From: Lama guanicoe
Taxonomy: Eukaryota
Length of the DNA: 64,000 nt
NCBI GenBank assembly: GCA_013239625.1
Contig: MU054212.1
Location: 5,118,270-5,182,269, forward strand
Direction: 5' to 3'
Shown here: piece after piece, positions 1 through 12,694 of the stretch
How the letters are laid out: each line of letters starts with the position of its first letter
How positions within the stretch are numbered: position 1 is the first letter of the stretch
Notes under the pieces: generated by a model
Told to the model about the DNA's origin: nothing
Database searches by the model: none
Seen by the model: only the letters and a program-made list of their open reading frames with translations
Position numbers and translations under genes: made by a program

Positions 1-599
1 AATTTTAAATGTCTTAAAATTGACTTGCAATAAAATCTTAAAGCACTCCGAATTCATGTTCTTTGGGGAATTTTCTCTTCACATGACATCTCACCAAAGA
101 GAAAAATGTGTACAGTAAGATTACAGCAGTATGTTTTTTTTCACAGATGTATGGTAAGAAATACTGTGCTAGAAAGTATAGATCTGGAGAAAGAAACACG
201 AACCTGAACATAACCTGAGCTTTGTACGTGATGAGTTCATGTGAAAGCACATAATTGCAGCTGTAGTTTCCAAACACCATCCTTAGTTTAGGTCTAAGTT
301 AAGTTTGCCTTAACTGCAACTATGTTTGTTTCTCTCAAGACTTGAAAAGACCTCACTCGTTGCCCATTTTAACTTTCTCTAATCTCAACATCCAGTATCC
401 TATTTAAAACTATTCCTATTGGGTTGCCTAAATGTATACGGAAGCCTCAATCCATCTGATGGCCAAACGTTACACGGAAGTCAATTAACACATAATCAAA
501 CATAGCAGAAGAAGAGCATGCAATAGAGGAAGTATGATGGTTTATGTGAAAGAATGAGCAACTTATTCAGTTTATAAGAAATTAAAGGGAGGTTATAGA

Positions 600-1360
600 G
601 AATGCTTACGCAGCCTTGAAAAATGCAGAGAGGCATAACAAGAAAGGATGAAGAGGCTATGTCAGGAAAAACAGCAAGTTCAATTTCTCAGGGAGATGGA
701 AAAAAACATGGTACCAGGACAAAAAGCAATTTGCTAATTCTAGAGCAGAGGGTCAAGAGAGAACAGATGTGAAATTTGTATAAAGGCAAACAAGGGGAAA
801 TAGCGGAGGGACTTGTGTGAGATGCTGTCGAGCTTAGATGTAGCCTTTAAGGACAGGAATATTAACAGTGGGAACAGTCTAGAGGATAAATTAGAAGTAC
901 GAATTTGAGCTCTTGGAGTGAAAATAACCACCTAAGATGTTCTTGGCAATTGCAGTGGGGATATGGATTGGAAAATAGCTTAAGAAGATGATGTTTTTAA
1001 ATACAATGCTAAATTTAATTTGATTTGTTAGATTGGTAACAGGAAGAATAGCATGTAAGATAACTGACAGATCCCTGTCTTGGGAGAATGGCGATTACAC
1101 TTCCTGAGTTAGCAAGCACTAGAGGAAACGCAGATTTGGGGGGTGGGTTAGTACTCGGTTCTAGTGGAGCTATGTAGAATAGTGAGGTATTATGAGGGCT
1201 TCCCACTGAAAATGTTGAATCCAAAGGTATTAAAGGTCTAAGCTGGTCATGATGATCAGGAGTTATCAGTGTTTCTATTAAAATAATGAATGTGGATATG
1301 GTGGTCTAGAAAGAAAAACTACAAGAAGGCTGAGAATAGAATTTTGAAGACCACAATACA
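600..1360 (-). mobile_element. Ancient LINE2 (L2) fragment
   Basis: Purine-rich stretch with diverged antisense-L2 motifs (gggagaatggcg...gcagatttgggggg; aggtctaagctgg...ggagttatcagtg). Boundaries approximate. Confidence 0.5.
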
Positions 1361-4300
1361 AAAATGGAAGTCATTGGTACAATAGTAGCTTTAGTTACAG
1401 TAAAACTATACTCTGAGAGAGCAACTATTCTACTTAATATCTTTTTTTAATGCCTGTTTTAAAACTGCATTATACAATTTAATAAGCAACTTTCTAGAAT
1501 TAGGCAAACCAAATTTGAACTCACACTGAAATCTCTATAAGTACAAATGTATACATTTGCAGGATATACAAAGATTGAACACAACCATCAAAATACATCC
1601 CTCAGAAAGTATACAGAATTTTCTATTTTCTACACCTACTTACTTTTTGGTAACATCCCTGCTTGTTAGATTTCAAGACTAACCCTATTTTCTTTTCAAA
1701 GAAGCATTATCTGTGTTCACATTAAGTATCTAAAAACATTTTTTTAATAAAATAGAAAGCTGAGATGGTAATTTATTTCTCAACAGTTCACCCCTTAAAT
1801 CTGATGTTTGCGTATCACCTAAAATGCTGCTGATGGATGTGAATTAGAACCATTTTGTTCTTTTATTCTTGATTATATTTTCCAGAAAGTTATTTTTGTC
1901 AAATTTTGGCTTAAGAAATAAAATCTTAGATGTAGTAATGCCTTTTCTATTTCTGTTAATTTATAACTATGTTTTTAATATTGCCTTCATTTTTTAATTA
2001 AAAATGTTTATAGCTCTTTAAGTTCTATCTTGAGTACCTAATTTGACATTCTTTGCCTACAAATAATGAAAACTTTACAGACGATGATTTAGCTGTTGCC
2101 TATTATGTTTTCATCTACATTATTCAGTTTTTTTTCCTTAAAATATCATTAATTTATGGCTTCTCTATAGATGTCAAAAAATTCAGTTTTTATTAATGCA
2201 AATAGTTTGCTGTGCCAAATTGAAAGTTTGCTTTGAAACATGCTTTTGGTTTTTAACTTACATAGTTGTTTTTTTTTAATGAAAGTATTATTCTGGCCAA
2301 ATATTTTCTTTTAAGTTATATAAATAGATCATTGAACATATAAATGGAGATGTAAAATGTAAGAGGTGAGTAAGGATGAGGATTTCCCTATCAATCAGTT
2401 AATATGTTGATTGGACTGACTAAATTCTCCATTTTAAAGTTTAGGTATTCTTGTGTAGGGTGAAACAAGGATACTGTGCTAAAACATGCCAATGAAATTT
2501 GAACTCTATTGGCTTGTCTTTCAGTGGCTAACCCTGTTTTTAATTTCATGCCTGTTAATTTGGTGCATCCAAGTTCTTAGATTTGTTCAGTATTCATCAC
2601 TGATTGTGCTTCTCTTCTGCTATTTTTGCCTGTTTGTCAATATCGTTGTCTTTTCCTTAATTGGGTGCAGATATCGGTAACATGTATCTTTAGCTTTAAA
2701 CTCTTTCACATCGTTTCATTTTAATCTAACTCTTTAGAAGCGGGTATTTTCCCAATTTTCTATTTTAATACACTCTTAAAATTTTGCTCCCTATGAACAG
2801 AATTTGAACCCCTAAACTTGGTACTTTTAAATAGTAATTAAGCACTGTTACACTATGGCAGTCTCATTCAGAATCGAAAGATTGGTACCCTTTCCGCAAA
2901 CACTGTTTCCAAAATTAATAATACTCATGTGTATCTTATCTTGCTTTTTCAAAAAGAGATTGTGTTTTATTTACTATGGTACTGCAAGTATTTTTTTTCT
3001 AGTCCTGTGAATATTGCTGCAAATCCCCTTTGTGATTTGCTTAATTTGCTTTGTTTTATAGTTTAAAAAAAGTACCGTCATAAAGTGGTGTAAGGTTTTT
3101 ATTCTTCACCAAAATTTAAATCACCAGTTATTCTCTAATACTACAATTGCCAAAGATAATATCTTCTTTGTAAACCTGGACATTTTTACTTAATTGCTTC
3201 CATGTTTATAAAAGACATAACAGATGATTAATGCCTGGCCTACTGTGGAACAGGCTTTGGAAATTACTTAAATAACTTTCAGTTAATACCTTGGGCCATA
3301 ATCACTAATGGCTCATATAACTTGCAAATGATTCAAACCATTTTTTTTCCACAAATATTTAGCAAAATAGTAACAAAAACGTGCCTCAACTCAAAACTGC
3401 CATTTATTTTATTGAGGGCATTGCATAACTTAAGCTAATTAAGATCGCTAGTTTTAGATAAATCCATTACTGAGCTTCCCTTTGGCTCTGAAAATAAATG
3501 GTCCTCAAATAAATGTGCCAGAGAAAACTTTAAATGACCCTATTTAAAGATGTCAAACTATAAAATATGCCTCTCATCTGCAAATATCATTTCTATTGTC
3601 TCTTTGAGTTGCTTTTATAGTGAAAAATGGAATGGCATGATGTAACACAGCCATGAATGGTCAATGACATAAAACTTAACTTAAAAACTATGACAATTTT
3701 AGAGGTACTTGTTATGAAGATACTGTAACGTTTAACACTTAAACTTTGAAGGAATAATTCCGGTTAAACTAACTGACTTTGCCATGGATCAGGAATATCT
3801 GATTAACACTTAACTTTTTATCTTGATAAGTCATATGCTTATCTGTTAGGTGTCATAGCATTAACGGCACAAACTGAACTGTGATTAAAAAAACACAGGA
3901 AAACAAGGAGATTGCGGATTATAAAAGTGATATAGGTAAGAATGTCATGTGCAGGTCATATTTGCTTCTCTTCTGTTTTTTATTACTATTCTGTACAGGC
4001 CACAGTTTGCACTTTGCCAGAAAAAGCCAACTTGCTGTTATACAAATGCACAAACTGTCTTAAAAAGACAGAATATACAAATGATTTGTATTGAATAGAT
4101 AGTACACATTTTTTATCAGTAGTTCCACTATCTCATACTTTACAGTTTTCATAAACTCCCCAAAGCACTGCCTTATTATTTTGTATTACTTATTTTTGCT
4201 GCCAGAGAAGAAGTAATCTAACAAACTAACAAGCTAATTTGTATTGTATTTACAGATTTTAAATAATGATGGTTTTAAGAGAATTTGCATTAAAAAGTTG

Positions 4301-5939
4301 AGACCAATATAATGATTTGCCTCAAAAAATGACTATAATGGAAGGAGTACAGGCACAATTAAAATAAACAGGGAAGGTGTTTTATAATTGTGATTATAAA
4401 CATTTAAAAATTATAAAACCATTTGGAGGAAAATTAAATAATCTCATAATTTTAGTAACCAGAGATAAGCCCCATTATCATTTTGGAATATTTTCTTCTA
4501 TTCACATGTAGATGATCCCTGAGCAGGAATATTTTTACTTTTTTGTTGTTTTATTGGGCAGAGAGTAAAAAATATATTCAAATGCTTTATTTCTATCAAA
4601 GTCCTCTGTCTTAAGTCCCCTGGTTACCTTAGCAACTGTGCCACTAAACTCCTATCCATCAGGGGAAAAAATGAAATTTTAAAATAAACCCTTGATATTT
4701 GAATTCTTGTCCAATATCTAAGACAGCCTATTAGTCTCTATTTCCCCATGATATCTTCTTCTTAATTCTCTTTGCTTTGCTGTCCATGACTCTATCCTTC
4801 AATGCTCTAGTCCCTTTAAAATCATTATTTCCCTTGTGTTCTCTGAAACAAATAAACAAGCTCTGGCATCTTTTAGCTCTAGACAGAGGTCATAAATAGA
4901 GTTCCCCTTTAAGGAGCTGCAACCTGGAAGAGTTTTCAAATGAAATCTGTATATTCTCTGGGTTGAGAATTGGGATGAATATCCTGCTCAGCATCAAAGA
5001 CCGCTTTGCTCGCATGTGCTCCTCAGCGGCTCATGCTCCCTGGATAGTGACAAATCTCAGCTCCACGAAATGTCCGGGTCTCCATCCTGACTGAGACCGG
5101 ACATCTGCTCTGCAATTTGCCTTCATCATCCTGCATATTCTTCCATCTCATTCACCAGAGAAAAGATTTCCTTCTTTTTCTACTTTCCTCAAACCTTGGA
5201 TTCCATCTTCTTTCCTCTTGTGCTAAGACAACCTGACTTTCAACCCTCAGGAGAGTCTGAGACACCCAGCTCTTTTGGACATGCTAATGGAGAAGCATGA
5301 TTCCCTGGGATGATGGTAGAGATTGGCGAGTCATTGTCGTTCCCTTTAAGAAACTGGAGTATAATTGGTAAGACAGTGCATGCTGTTTTCCAAACTAATA
5401 CATTCTCTAATTTCATGTGCTATTTTTTTCATAACAGGAGTTTCAAATTTTGATTTTTTTTTCCTTTAGCCAACATTAAAATAACAAAGTACTTTTTGAG
5501 TTCTTGTGCCTAGTTCTTAAATGCTGATTGCCTTTTTTAAAAACTCCAAAGCTGAATGGTATTTTTCCTCTCCTGATTCAAAGTCAAACATAATAGCTCA
5601 GAATAATTAAACTACAGTAAAAACAAGTGATTAAATCAAAGATGACACAGCCTGGAACATGGAGTGGGTTTAATTCCACCACGGAGTTCTATGGAAACCA
5701 GAGGTCAGAGCTCTCTTTAACAGCACATCCCAGCGCAGAACTTATGAAATTCTTACTTCTCTTCTAGTTTGACTAGTTCCTTAAGTCTCCCTAACTCTCA
5801 CAGCATACTTGAATTGAATAGAAATGTTTTTCAGTAGATAGGTTGCTTCAAGCATTCAAGTCTTTGTATTCACAATTTCACAATGTGGTTGGAAAGCAAG
5901 TTCCTAGGAGCAGAAACATTTTAACTTTTTCACAGCAAT

Positions 5940-6130
5940 CATGAACAGCTTCACAGAACTGATGCTGCTACTTGGCAGATAACTCTTTGTTTAAATTGAC
6001 AGTGACCTGATGGCAATAAATATAACAGCAGGAGCCATTAATATGGACAACTGCATTGACAGTGTTTATGTTATAGGCCGTGTGAGGTCGGGCCAGCACA
6101 CTTCCAGGACTGGCTGCCACTCTTGTCCTT
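5940..6130. promoter_or_regulatory. Candidate developmental enhancer (TALE/HOX motif cluster)
   Basis: Repeat-free; ATTGACAGTG twice (5995-6004, 6055-6064), GCAATAAA 6013-6020, CCATTAAT 6035-6042, TTTATG 6065-6070, AGATAA 5977-5982, CTTTGT 5985-5990. Function inferred only. Confidence 0.35.
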
Positions 6131-8213
6131 TGTTTCTTTTTCTAAGAAACAAATGGTTAGGTTTTGTCTTTTCCACCCACCTCTTTCCTGTGTTCTCAAT
6201 CTTTTAAAATTTCCCTCCATGACTGAAAAAAACTATATAAACAACTTTAAGCAAGACAAAAAAAAAAAAAAAGGAAGGCATGAGAGAGAAATAGGTGAGG
6301 GATAAGAGGGAAAAGTTCAGAAAGACCTGAAAGTTAAGCTGAGGTGTTGCCTCTTGGATATTCAGCTTGTGTCTAAGATTGTGTCATTGCCCTAAGTTTT
6401 GCATTTCTTTATATACTTGGTCAGTTAAAGTCAAGAAAGAATATGCCCATTATTCAGATATACATTAGTTTGCAAGAAATGTTATTCTGTCTGGGTTTTG
6501 TAATCACATCCTCTTTGATAGGTTGTGTATAAAGCCTATGCCCCAGTATGTTTCATGAGTGGAGTAACAATATGATCTTACCAGGTGTTGATAATATCAA
6601 TTGCATTTTTGAAAGATTTAACTTGAGCTAGTTAAGTACTCTTCCCTAAAAATAGCATCGCTAACAAGTTTTTAAGTATTTCACTCACTTGAATTTTTTT
6701 TTTAAAAAGCTGTGTATTATTTGATCCCTGGGATGCCTTCTGCAATGGCAGATGTCTGGTAAGCATATCCGTCAGTCTAGAGTACACACTTAATCTTTTC
6801 CCCAGGCATATTAACATAATCTTTCTTTGAAACAGGAAGTGTGCATTAAGATTGAGAAAAAGGTTTTAAAACTATTTTGTTGGAGGGTATTTCCTGCAGT
6901 TTTGCTCCTGTGAGCCTTCACGAAATAGAACCACCAGGGGGAAAAATAGAGAATGCTAATACATTCATACAAATAAAACATTCAAATTATGTTGAAGATA
7001 GCAATTTTATTTTTATAAACTGAAAGTGATAAAGTCACTTTATATTATCCTAGTATTAAGACGTTTTAATAGATTAACATGGTTTTATATATATGTCCCA
7101 TTGTGAAAATTTTGCTAGTGAATCATTTTTATGGATAGGTGCTTTTTTGTGCATTTGGGGCAAAATTGGAATAAAATGTTTCACGTAGAAGGGATATATA
7201 AGTGTTCAGCACATACTGTAAACATGTCTACTGTGGATTTTAGAGTAACCGGTAGGTGAAAATAATAAATGTAGCTAACTATTAACTACTACTAATGGCT
7301 CTCCTCTGGAAGATAGTTCACCTGATCAAGCATTATGAACGACATTCTTTGAATTAGTTCACTTCTAGGATTACGAAATTTAAGAACAAAATCCAAATGG
7401 TGAAAATGTCATAAAGCAAAGTTTGGTACTGAGACAATATGTTGTTATAATACTCAGTTAAGAATGCCATTGACGTATCGTGGGCTAGCAATTGTTTTTC
7501 TTTCCAATTCAGAACGTTTTCATTGAGTACTTGGAAAATCATGCAGAGTAGATGTGTTAAAATATCACCTTAAATATTTACATATTTGTCCGATTTTAGA
7601 AATATAGTAGACAATATTTACACATATTTAAGAGCTTAAAACAAAGTCTTTAATCCAAGGAATATGATTTGTAAAAGCTTGGTTGAATAATTTCAAAGCA
7701 ATGATAAATATCCAGTGTCCAAGCTATACATTAAGTAAACATGTGACCTAGGGACTTTCAGTGAGCACCCTTTAACCAAATAATTTTGACCTGTATGTAT
7801 ATATGGCATCTTTTTTCATGCTATTAGGAAAGTGCAATTTATGACTAATCTACTTTGTGTCACTTTGCATATGACTGGACAGGAATTTCTAAGTTTTTTT
7901 TCTTCTAAATCCACAATTGTGTAGATTGTAAAGATTCCATAATATTTTTATGTTTATGTTAGTGTAAGAGTAATAAATGCTCAAGTAAAACTATGGAATA
8001 TGCCTTTAACAAATATATTAATAAAACTTAAAATACTGAATATAACAAAAGGTAATTATAACAGATCTAAATATTCTATAAATGATCATGTATTAATACT
8101 CTCAAAAATATCTAGAAAGTGTTATTTTGGGGGATAAAGTAAGGGATGTGCATTTTTCACTGTTTGTGAAATATATACACACACACACATATACATGTAC
8201 ATATATATTTTGT

Positions 8214-8308
8214 TAGGTACCTAAGATCACAGAGCAAGAAGGTAGTATAGCCAGGCTTAACCCAGGAAGTCTAAGTTCTGAATCTGCCTTTTAATCCATT
8301 AAACTATA
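8214..8308 (-). mobile_element. MIR SINE fragment
   Basis: cctaagatcacagagc...gccaggcttaacccaggaagtct...ttttaatcca resembles the reverse complement of the MIR 5' part. Confidence 0.6.
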
Positions 8309-9612
8309 GAATAAAGTTATACTGTAGAGCAGCCAGCAACGTTCCTTCTCCCTTCTCATAGCTCCCTCACTCTCAATATTCACATACTTTTCTTATTGAG
8401 GGAAATATAGCTACTTGTTTGTTCACATCTAAACCACACCCCAGTTACACACGTTTTACATCTGATGTTGCCTATTAATACACTTTGCTAAACAAAAGGC
8501 CATCACATATCTTCAGAAAGGAATTATGTAAATCCCTCAGAGATAGAAGCAGAGACCACATTTTTCTCCCTGTCCTCTGATATTTAGAAATACTCTGACT
8601 TGCTCAGACATTTAAAATCTAAATTTAATCATTAGACCTGGTCATCATGTAGACAGAGCTACTTGCATGGAAACCTGGGATATTTTTTTTCTCTGACACA
8701 GAGCAGAAAGTTGGCAGAGCATAGAAAATCATTTTTTAGCATTTTGCAGACTAAATTGATGTTAACAGCTACAGAAAAATACTGTAGATGGCATGGCTTT
8801 GAAAAGATAGACTAGAGATAATATTCCAAATGGTTGCAATTCTTTAGACATGATGTTAGAGTAAATAATACATTATTAACTGCAGTTAAATAATTTTTGA
8901 ACACAGTAGAAGATTATATGTTCTAAATTTAGAACAGGAGCCTTCTAGCTCTGAATTATACTTTTCTCTTTAAAAACATGAATTAGGAATAGCTCTTTTT
9001 CTGTCACTCTAAATTATACCTAAAATACTAACTGTATCATTTTCAAAGTTAGAAGTTTTGGAGTTTTGTATAAATGATTTCCTTTCAGTTAGAATGGTAA
9101 CCAGTAGTTTTATCTGAAACTTTGCATATGTTAAAGATAAAATAATATTACAAACTTGAAGTTATTCCTTTTAATGAACAATTTTAGATTATTGTTAGAA
9201 AGACTTAAAGTATCAGTGTGATAGGATATACACATTGTAGCCACTAAAGAAATGAAGAAAAGGACTTGAAGATTATGCCATTATTCATGTGTATAACTCT
9301 AAGTTTCTGAAATTGTGTTTACTGGTGCTTTTTATTGTCTTCTCCAATGCTAAATCATAAATTTTCTCTGCCTTAGTCTTCTTATCTACTAAATAGTGAT
9401 AATGACCTTAAATATTGCTTGAGCTATCTTCATCCTATTTTCTTTCCTCCTCTGCAAAATGGAATACTGATAAATATACTACCTACTTTTGAAAGTTGTT
9501 GTGGTTAGGTCCTGAAAGTATATATTCAAATTTCTCTTGGGGTGTCAATTAAAACTTTTGGGTGAAACATCGATCAAACCTCTCAAGGAGCTGTTTCTTC
9601 TCCTAAAAGTAA

Positions 9613-9616
<4 letters not shown>

Positions 9617-9646
<30 letters not shown>
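9617..9646. repeat. (GT)15 microsatellite
   Basis: Perfect GT run read directly; sits at the 5' edge of the L1 fragment. Confidence 0.95.
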
Positions 9647-9649
<3 letters not shown>

Positions 9650-10552
9650 CATTTAATATTACTCATTAAAAGAGTGAAATTTCGCCATTTTCAACAACAT
9701 GGATGAATCTACAGGGTATTATGTTAGGTGAAATGGGTCAAAGAAAAGCAAATACCATACGACTTCAATTAGATGTGGAATCTAAAAATCAAAACAAATG
9801 AAGAAATGTAACAAAATAGAGAGTCTTAGATACAGAGAACAAACAGGTCCTTGACACTGAGGAGGGCTGTGGGGGATGAGAGAAATTGGTGAGGGAGATT
9901 AAGAGATGCAAACTTCCAATTACAAAATAAATGAGTCACAGATATGAAATGTAGAGTGTGGGGAATTATGAACAATTATATCTGTGTGGAGATAAATTGT
10001 AACTAGACTTATAGTAATCATTTTGAAATGTGTTAAATTACCAAATCACTACGTTAAGCATCAGCAACTAACATAATGTTGTATGTAGGTCAATTAGAAT
10101 TCAAAATCAAACAAACAGACTCAGAGAAAAAGATCAGAACTATAAGTACCAGAGGTGAGGAGCGAGGGGAGAGGGAATTGGATGAAGATCGTCAAAAGGT
10201 ATAAACTTCCAGTTACATGATAAATAAGTACCAGCGATGCAATGTACAACATGATTAATATAATTAACACTGTTGTATATGTTACACATGAAAATTGTTG
10301 AGTAAATTCTAAGTGTTCTCATCACAAGGAAAATTTTTTTCTTTCTTTTATTTCATCTCTGTATTAGGTGATGGATGTTCAATAAATTTGTTGTGATAAT
10401 CATTTCATGATGTATGTAAGTCAGGCGCCGAAATAGCTCAGTTGGGAGAGCATTAGATTGAAGATGATGTATGTAAGTCAGATCCTGATGCTGTATGCCT
10501 TAAACCTATAAAGTGCTGTATGTCAATTATATTTCAATAAAACTGGAAGAAA
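9618..10552 (+). mobile_element. 5'-truncated L1 (ORF2 end plus 3' UTR, L1MA-like)
   Basis: L1 motifs gccattttcaacaacatggatgaatct...attatgttaggtgaaat, tgtggaatctaaaaa, aaacttccagttac; AATAAA at 10536 then A-rich tail; degenerate TSD aaaagtaagattg (9605-9617) / aaaagaaaaattg (10553-10565), 11/13 identical. Confidence 0.9.
10427..10463 (+). pseudogene. Tailless 5'-half retropseudogene of tRNA-Phe(GAA)
   Basis: GCCGAAATAGCTCAGTTGGGAGAGCATTAGATTGAAG matches nt 1-37 of mammalian cytosolic tRNA-Phe at 35/37 (G26>A, C32>T); anticodon GAA at 10460-10462; perfect 18-bp direct repeats atgatgtatgtaagtcag at 10407-10424 and 10464-10481; no T-arm, CCA or poly(A). Confidence 0.93.
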
Positions 10553-10759
10553 AAAAGAAAAATTGACAATGAGTATAATTAAATGTAGGCCATACTCTTT
10601 CCTAATATCCACCTTTTTTTCTTGTCCTTTTTCTTGTCCTTACAAAACTCTGATACAGATCCAGTGTTCCACTCACTTCCTCCCCATCCCCTACAAAAAA
10701 GTAAAATTGACCTTTTTGCCAGCTCTGTCAGCTCCAGACAAAAGTAGAAAGAATTGATC

Positions 10760-11162
10760 TAAAGATAATTTCATTCCCATTACAAGTGAATGGTTCAGAA
10801 TGGGTATGAAACCCAATTTCAGCCTATGAGATACCTGGGGAAATTTACTGAGGTTTCCTGGAAAAAAGCTTAGATCTGCCAATACAGACCATATAAAAAA
10901 ATTGTATTATTTCTCCTTCTTCTTGTGTTGTCATCTCTTACTGTAAATTCTGAGATCAGTCTACCAATATTACAACTAAACTGAAAATAGCAGAGAAAGG
11001 GAATTGAAAGAATCAGGGGATTTGGAGGGCCCTGCTGGGTGCTAAAAAACCTGCTTCAAAATCAGCAATACCTTTGGATTTCCTAAAAATGTCTTTATTG
11101 TTGAAATCAGTGTGAATAAAAGTTCCTATTACTTGTAGCCAGAAGCTTTCCAACCGAATCTA
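10760..11162 (+). mobile_element. MaLR LTR (MLT1-like), old
   Basis: MLT1-type motifs tggttcagaatgggtatgaaacccaatttcagcctatgaga and terminus ttcctattacttgtagccagaagctttccaac. Confidence 0.6.
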
Positions 11163-11269
11163 TGGTTCACATTTTGGGGGCTATGATTTGGCGTTTGGAA
11201 GCAAAATTGCCACAATTAAAATTATAATCCAAAATAATGAAATTTTACTGGACATTGTAAAATCTGGAT

Positions 11270-11667
11270 TAGTGTTCAGCAACCATTCACTCCTTCTCCT
11301 CTTCCACTTTGGGTGAGGTGTAATACGTACCTCACTAATTTGAGCTTGGCCTAGCAACGTGTTCTGGCCAGTGGCATGTGTACTTGTTACAGGCTGAACT
11401 CTCAAAAAGATAGTCTGTTTGTGTCTGCTTTCTTGAGCTTTTGTAATCATGCATAGCATGAGAAGAACATTCCGTGGTATTCTGTGATTCCAGAACAATG
11501 AAAGACATGCATACCAAATATGGACCGAGTTAACTGGAACCCAACCTAGATCAGCCAGGCCTCAGCCACAACACAGGCGTGTGAGTAGGTAGATGTTTAT
11601 ATTGTATGCTTCTGAGTCTTGGGGTTGTTTGTTATGCAACGTTAGTCTTTAGCTGACTGAGATAACA
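11270..11667 (+). mobile_element. MaLR LTR (MLT1H/I/J-like)
   Basis: gagcttggcc...ttctggccagtggcatgtg, catgagaagaacat, cccaacctagatcagcc, and terminus ttggggttgtttgttatgcaac...tagctgactga. Confidence 0.7.
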
Positions 11668-12658
11668 TGAACTATGTTGGTTTTAGAATAATACCACAAA
11701 ATGAAAAGGCAGTGATGGAAATCACTCAGACCAATATGATAATTTTGGGACTAGTGTGCAAAATGCAACTTGACACACTTGTCTGAGAACCAAATAGACT
11801 TCTCTTAACTTCAGTCGTTGAAAACCTAAAAATTCCCTTTTAATCTTGAGGATTTAAAATAAGCTTTAACACAATCCTCACAGATACCTTAGTTCTTAAG
11901 AAACTAGTCTTTCTGGACAATGTGGACAATGTTAGACATTCATGGGCTAGGGGGGACTTTTGCCTAAATCCTGTGGGGACTTGGCTCCTGCTGTGAAAAT
12001 TGCAATTTCAAATCTTTGAAATATGTTGTTATAAAAAAATAATCAGAAAAACTCAGGATTTACTGTTGCATGGCCTGAAATAAAGGATGGAGGATCAGGT
12101 TTGGAACATACGATGGAAACAAAGATGGATAACATATTTCAGATGCACAGAAATGCCAACAGCTCTGTGACGTTCAGCAGCCTATGCCATTGGCAATTTT
12201 TGTGGTCACAAAACCACCAGAAACCCCATTGATCAGTGAGCTGGAAGGGACCGTGCAGAAAGATTCGTAGAAGCATTCTTCTGCATCCATTCCTTTTCTA
12301 GCAGGTGGTTGCGTGCAGCCTGCATCTGGGGGCCAAATGTAGGAGGAAGAGGAAAACTGAATAAAGCAGACTGAGTTAAGCTGATCTGTGTGACAGAGAG
12401 CTAAGCCACAAATATGTGGAAGGAGAGGTAAGAGAATTCCCTTGGTCTTTGTGAGTGATTTGATGAAGATTGAAATGAAGGGACGGGCACATGAAAGGGA
12501 CAAGATACATTTTTCTTAAACTTTTAGAAGCTCTTCTCTCGATATTGCATAAAATGTATAGTATTTATTATATTTCTGATGCTGACCTGGTATTTATTTC
12601 TATTATTTTGATGAATTAGAAATACATGGACATTGGGCTTCATAGATGTATGTATTTT

Positions 12659-12694
12659 TTTAATTTTATTTTTTAATTGAAATGTAGTTGATTT
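12659..12694 (-). mobile_element. Ultra-short L1 3' tail insertion
   Basis: T-rich tail then aattgaaatgtagttgattt(aca), the antisense L1 3' terminus; flanks atgtatgtatttt (12646-12658) / acatacatatttt (12695-12707) followed by AA. Confidence 0.6.
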
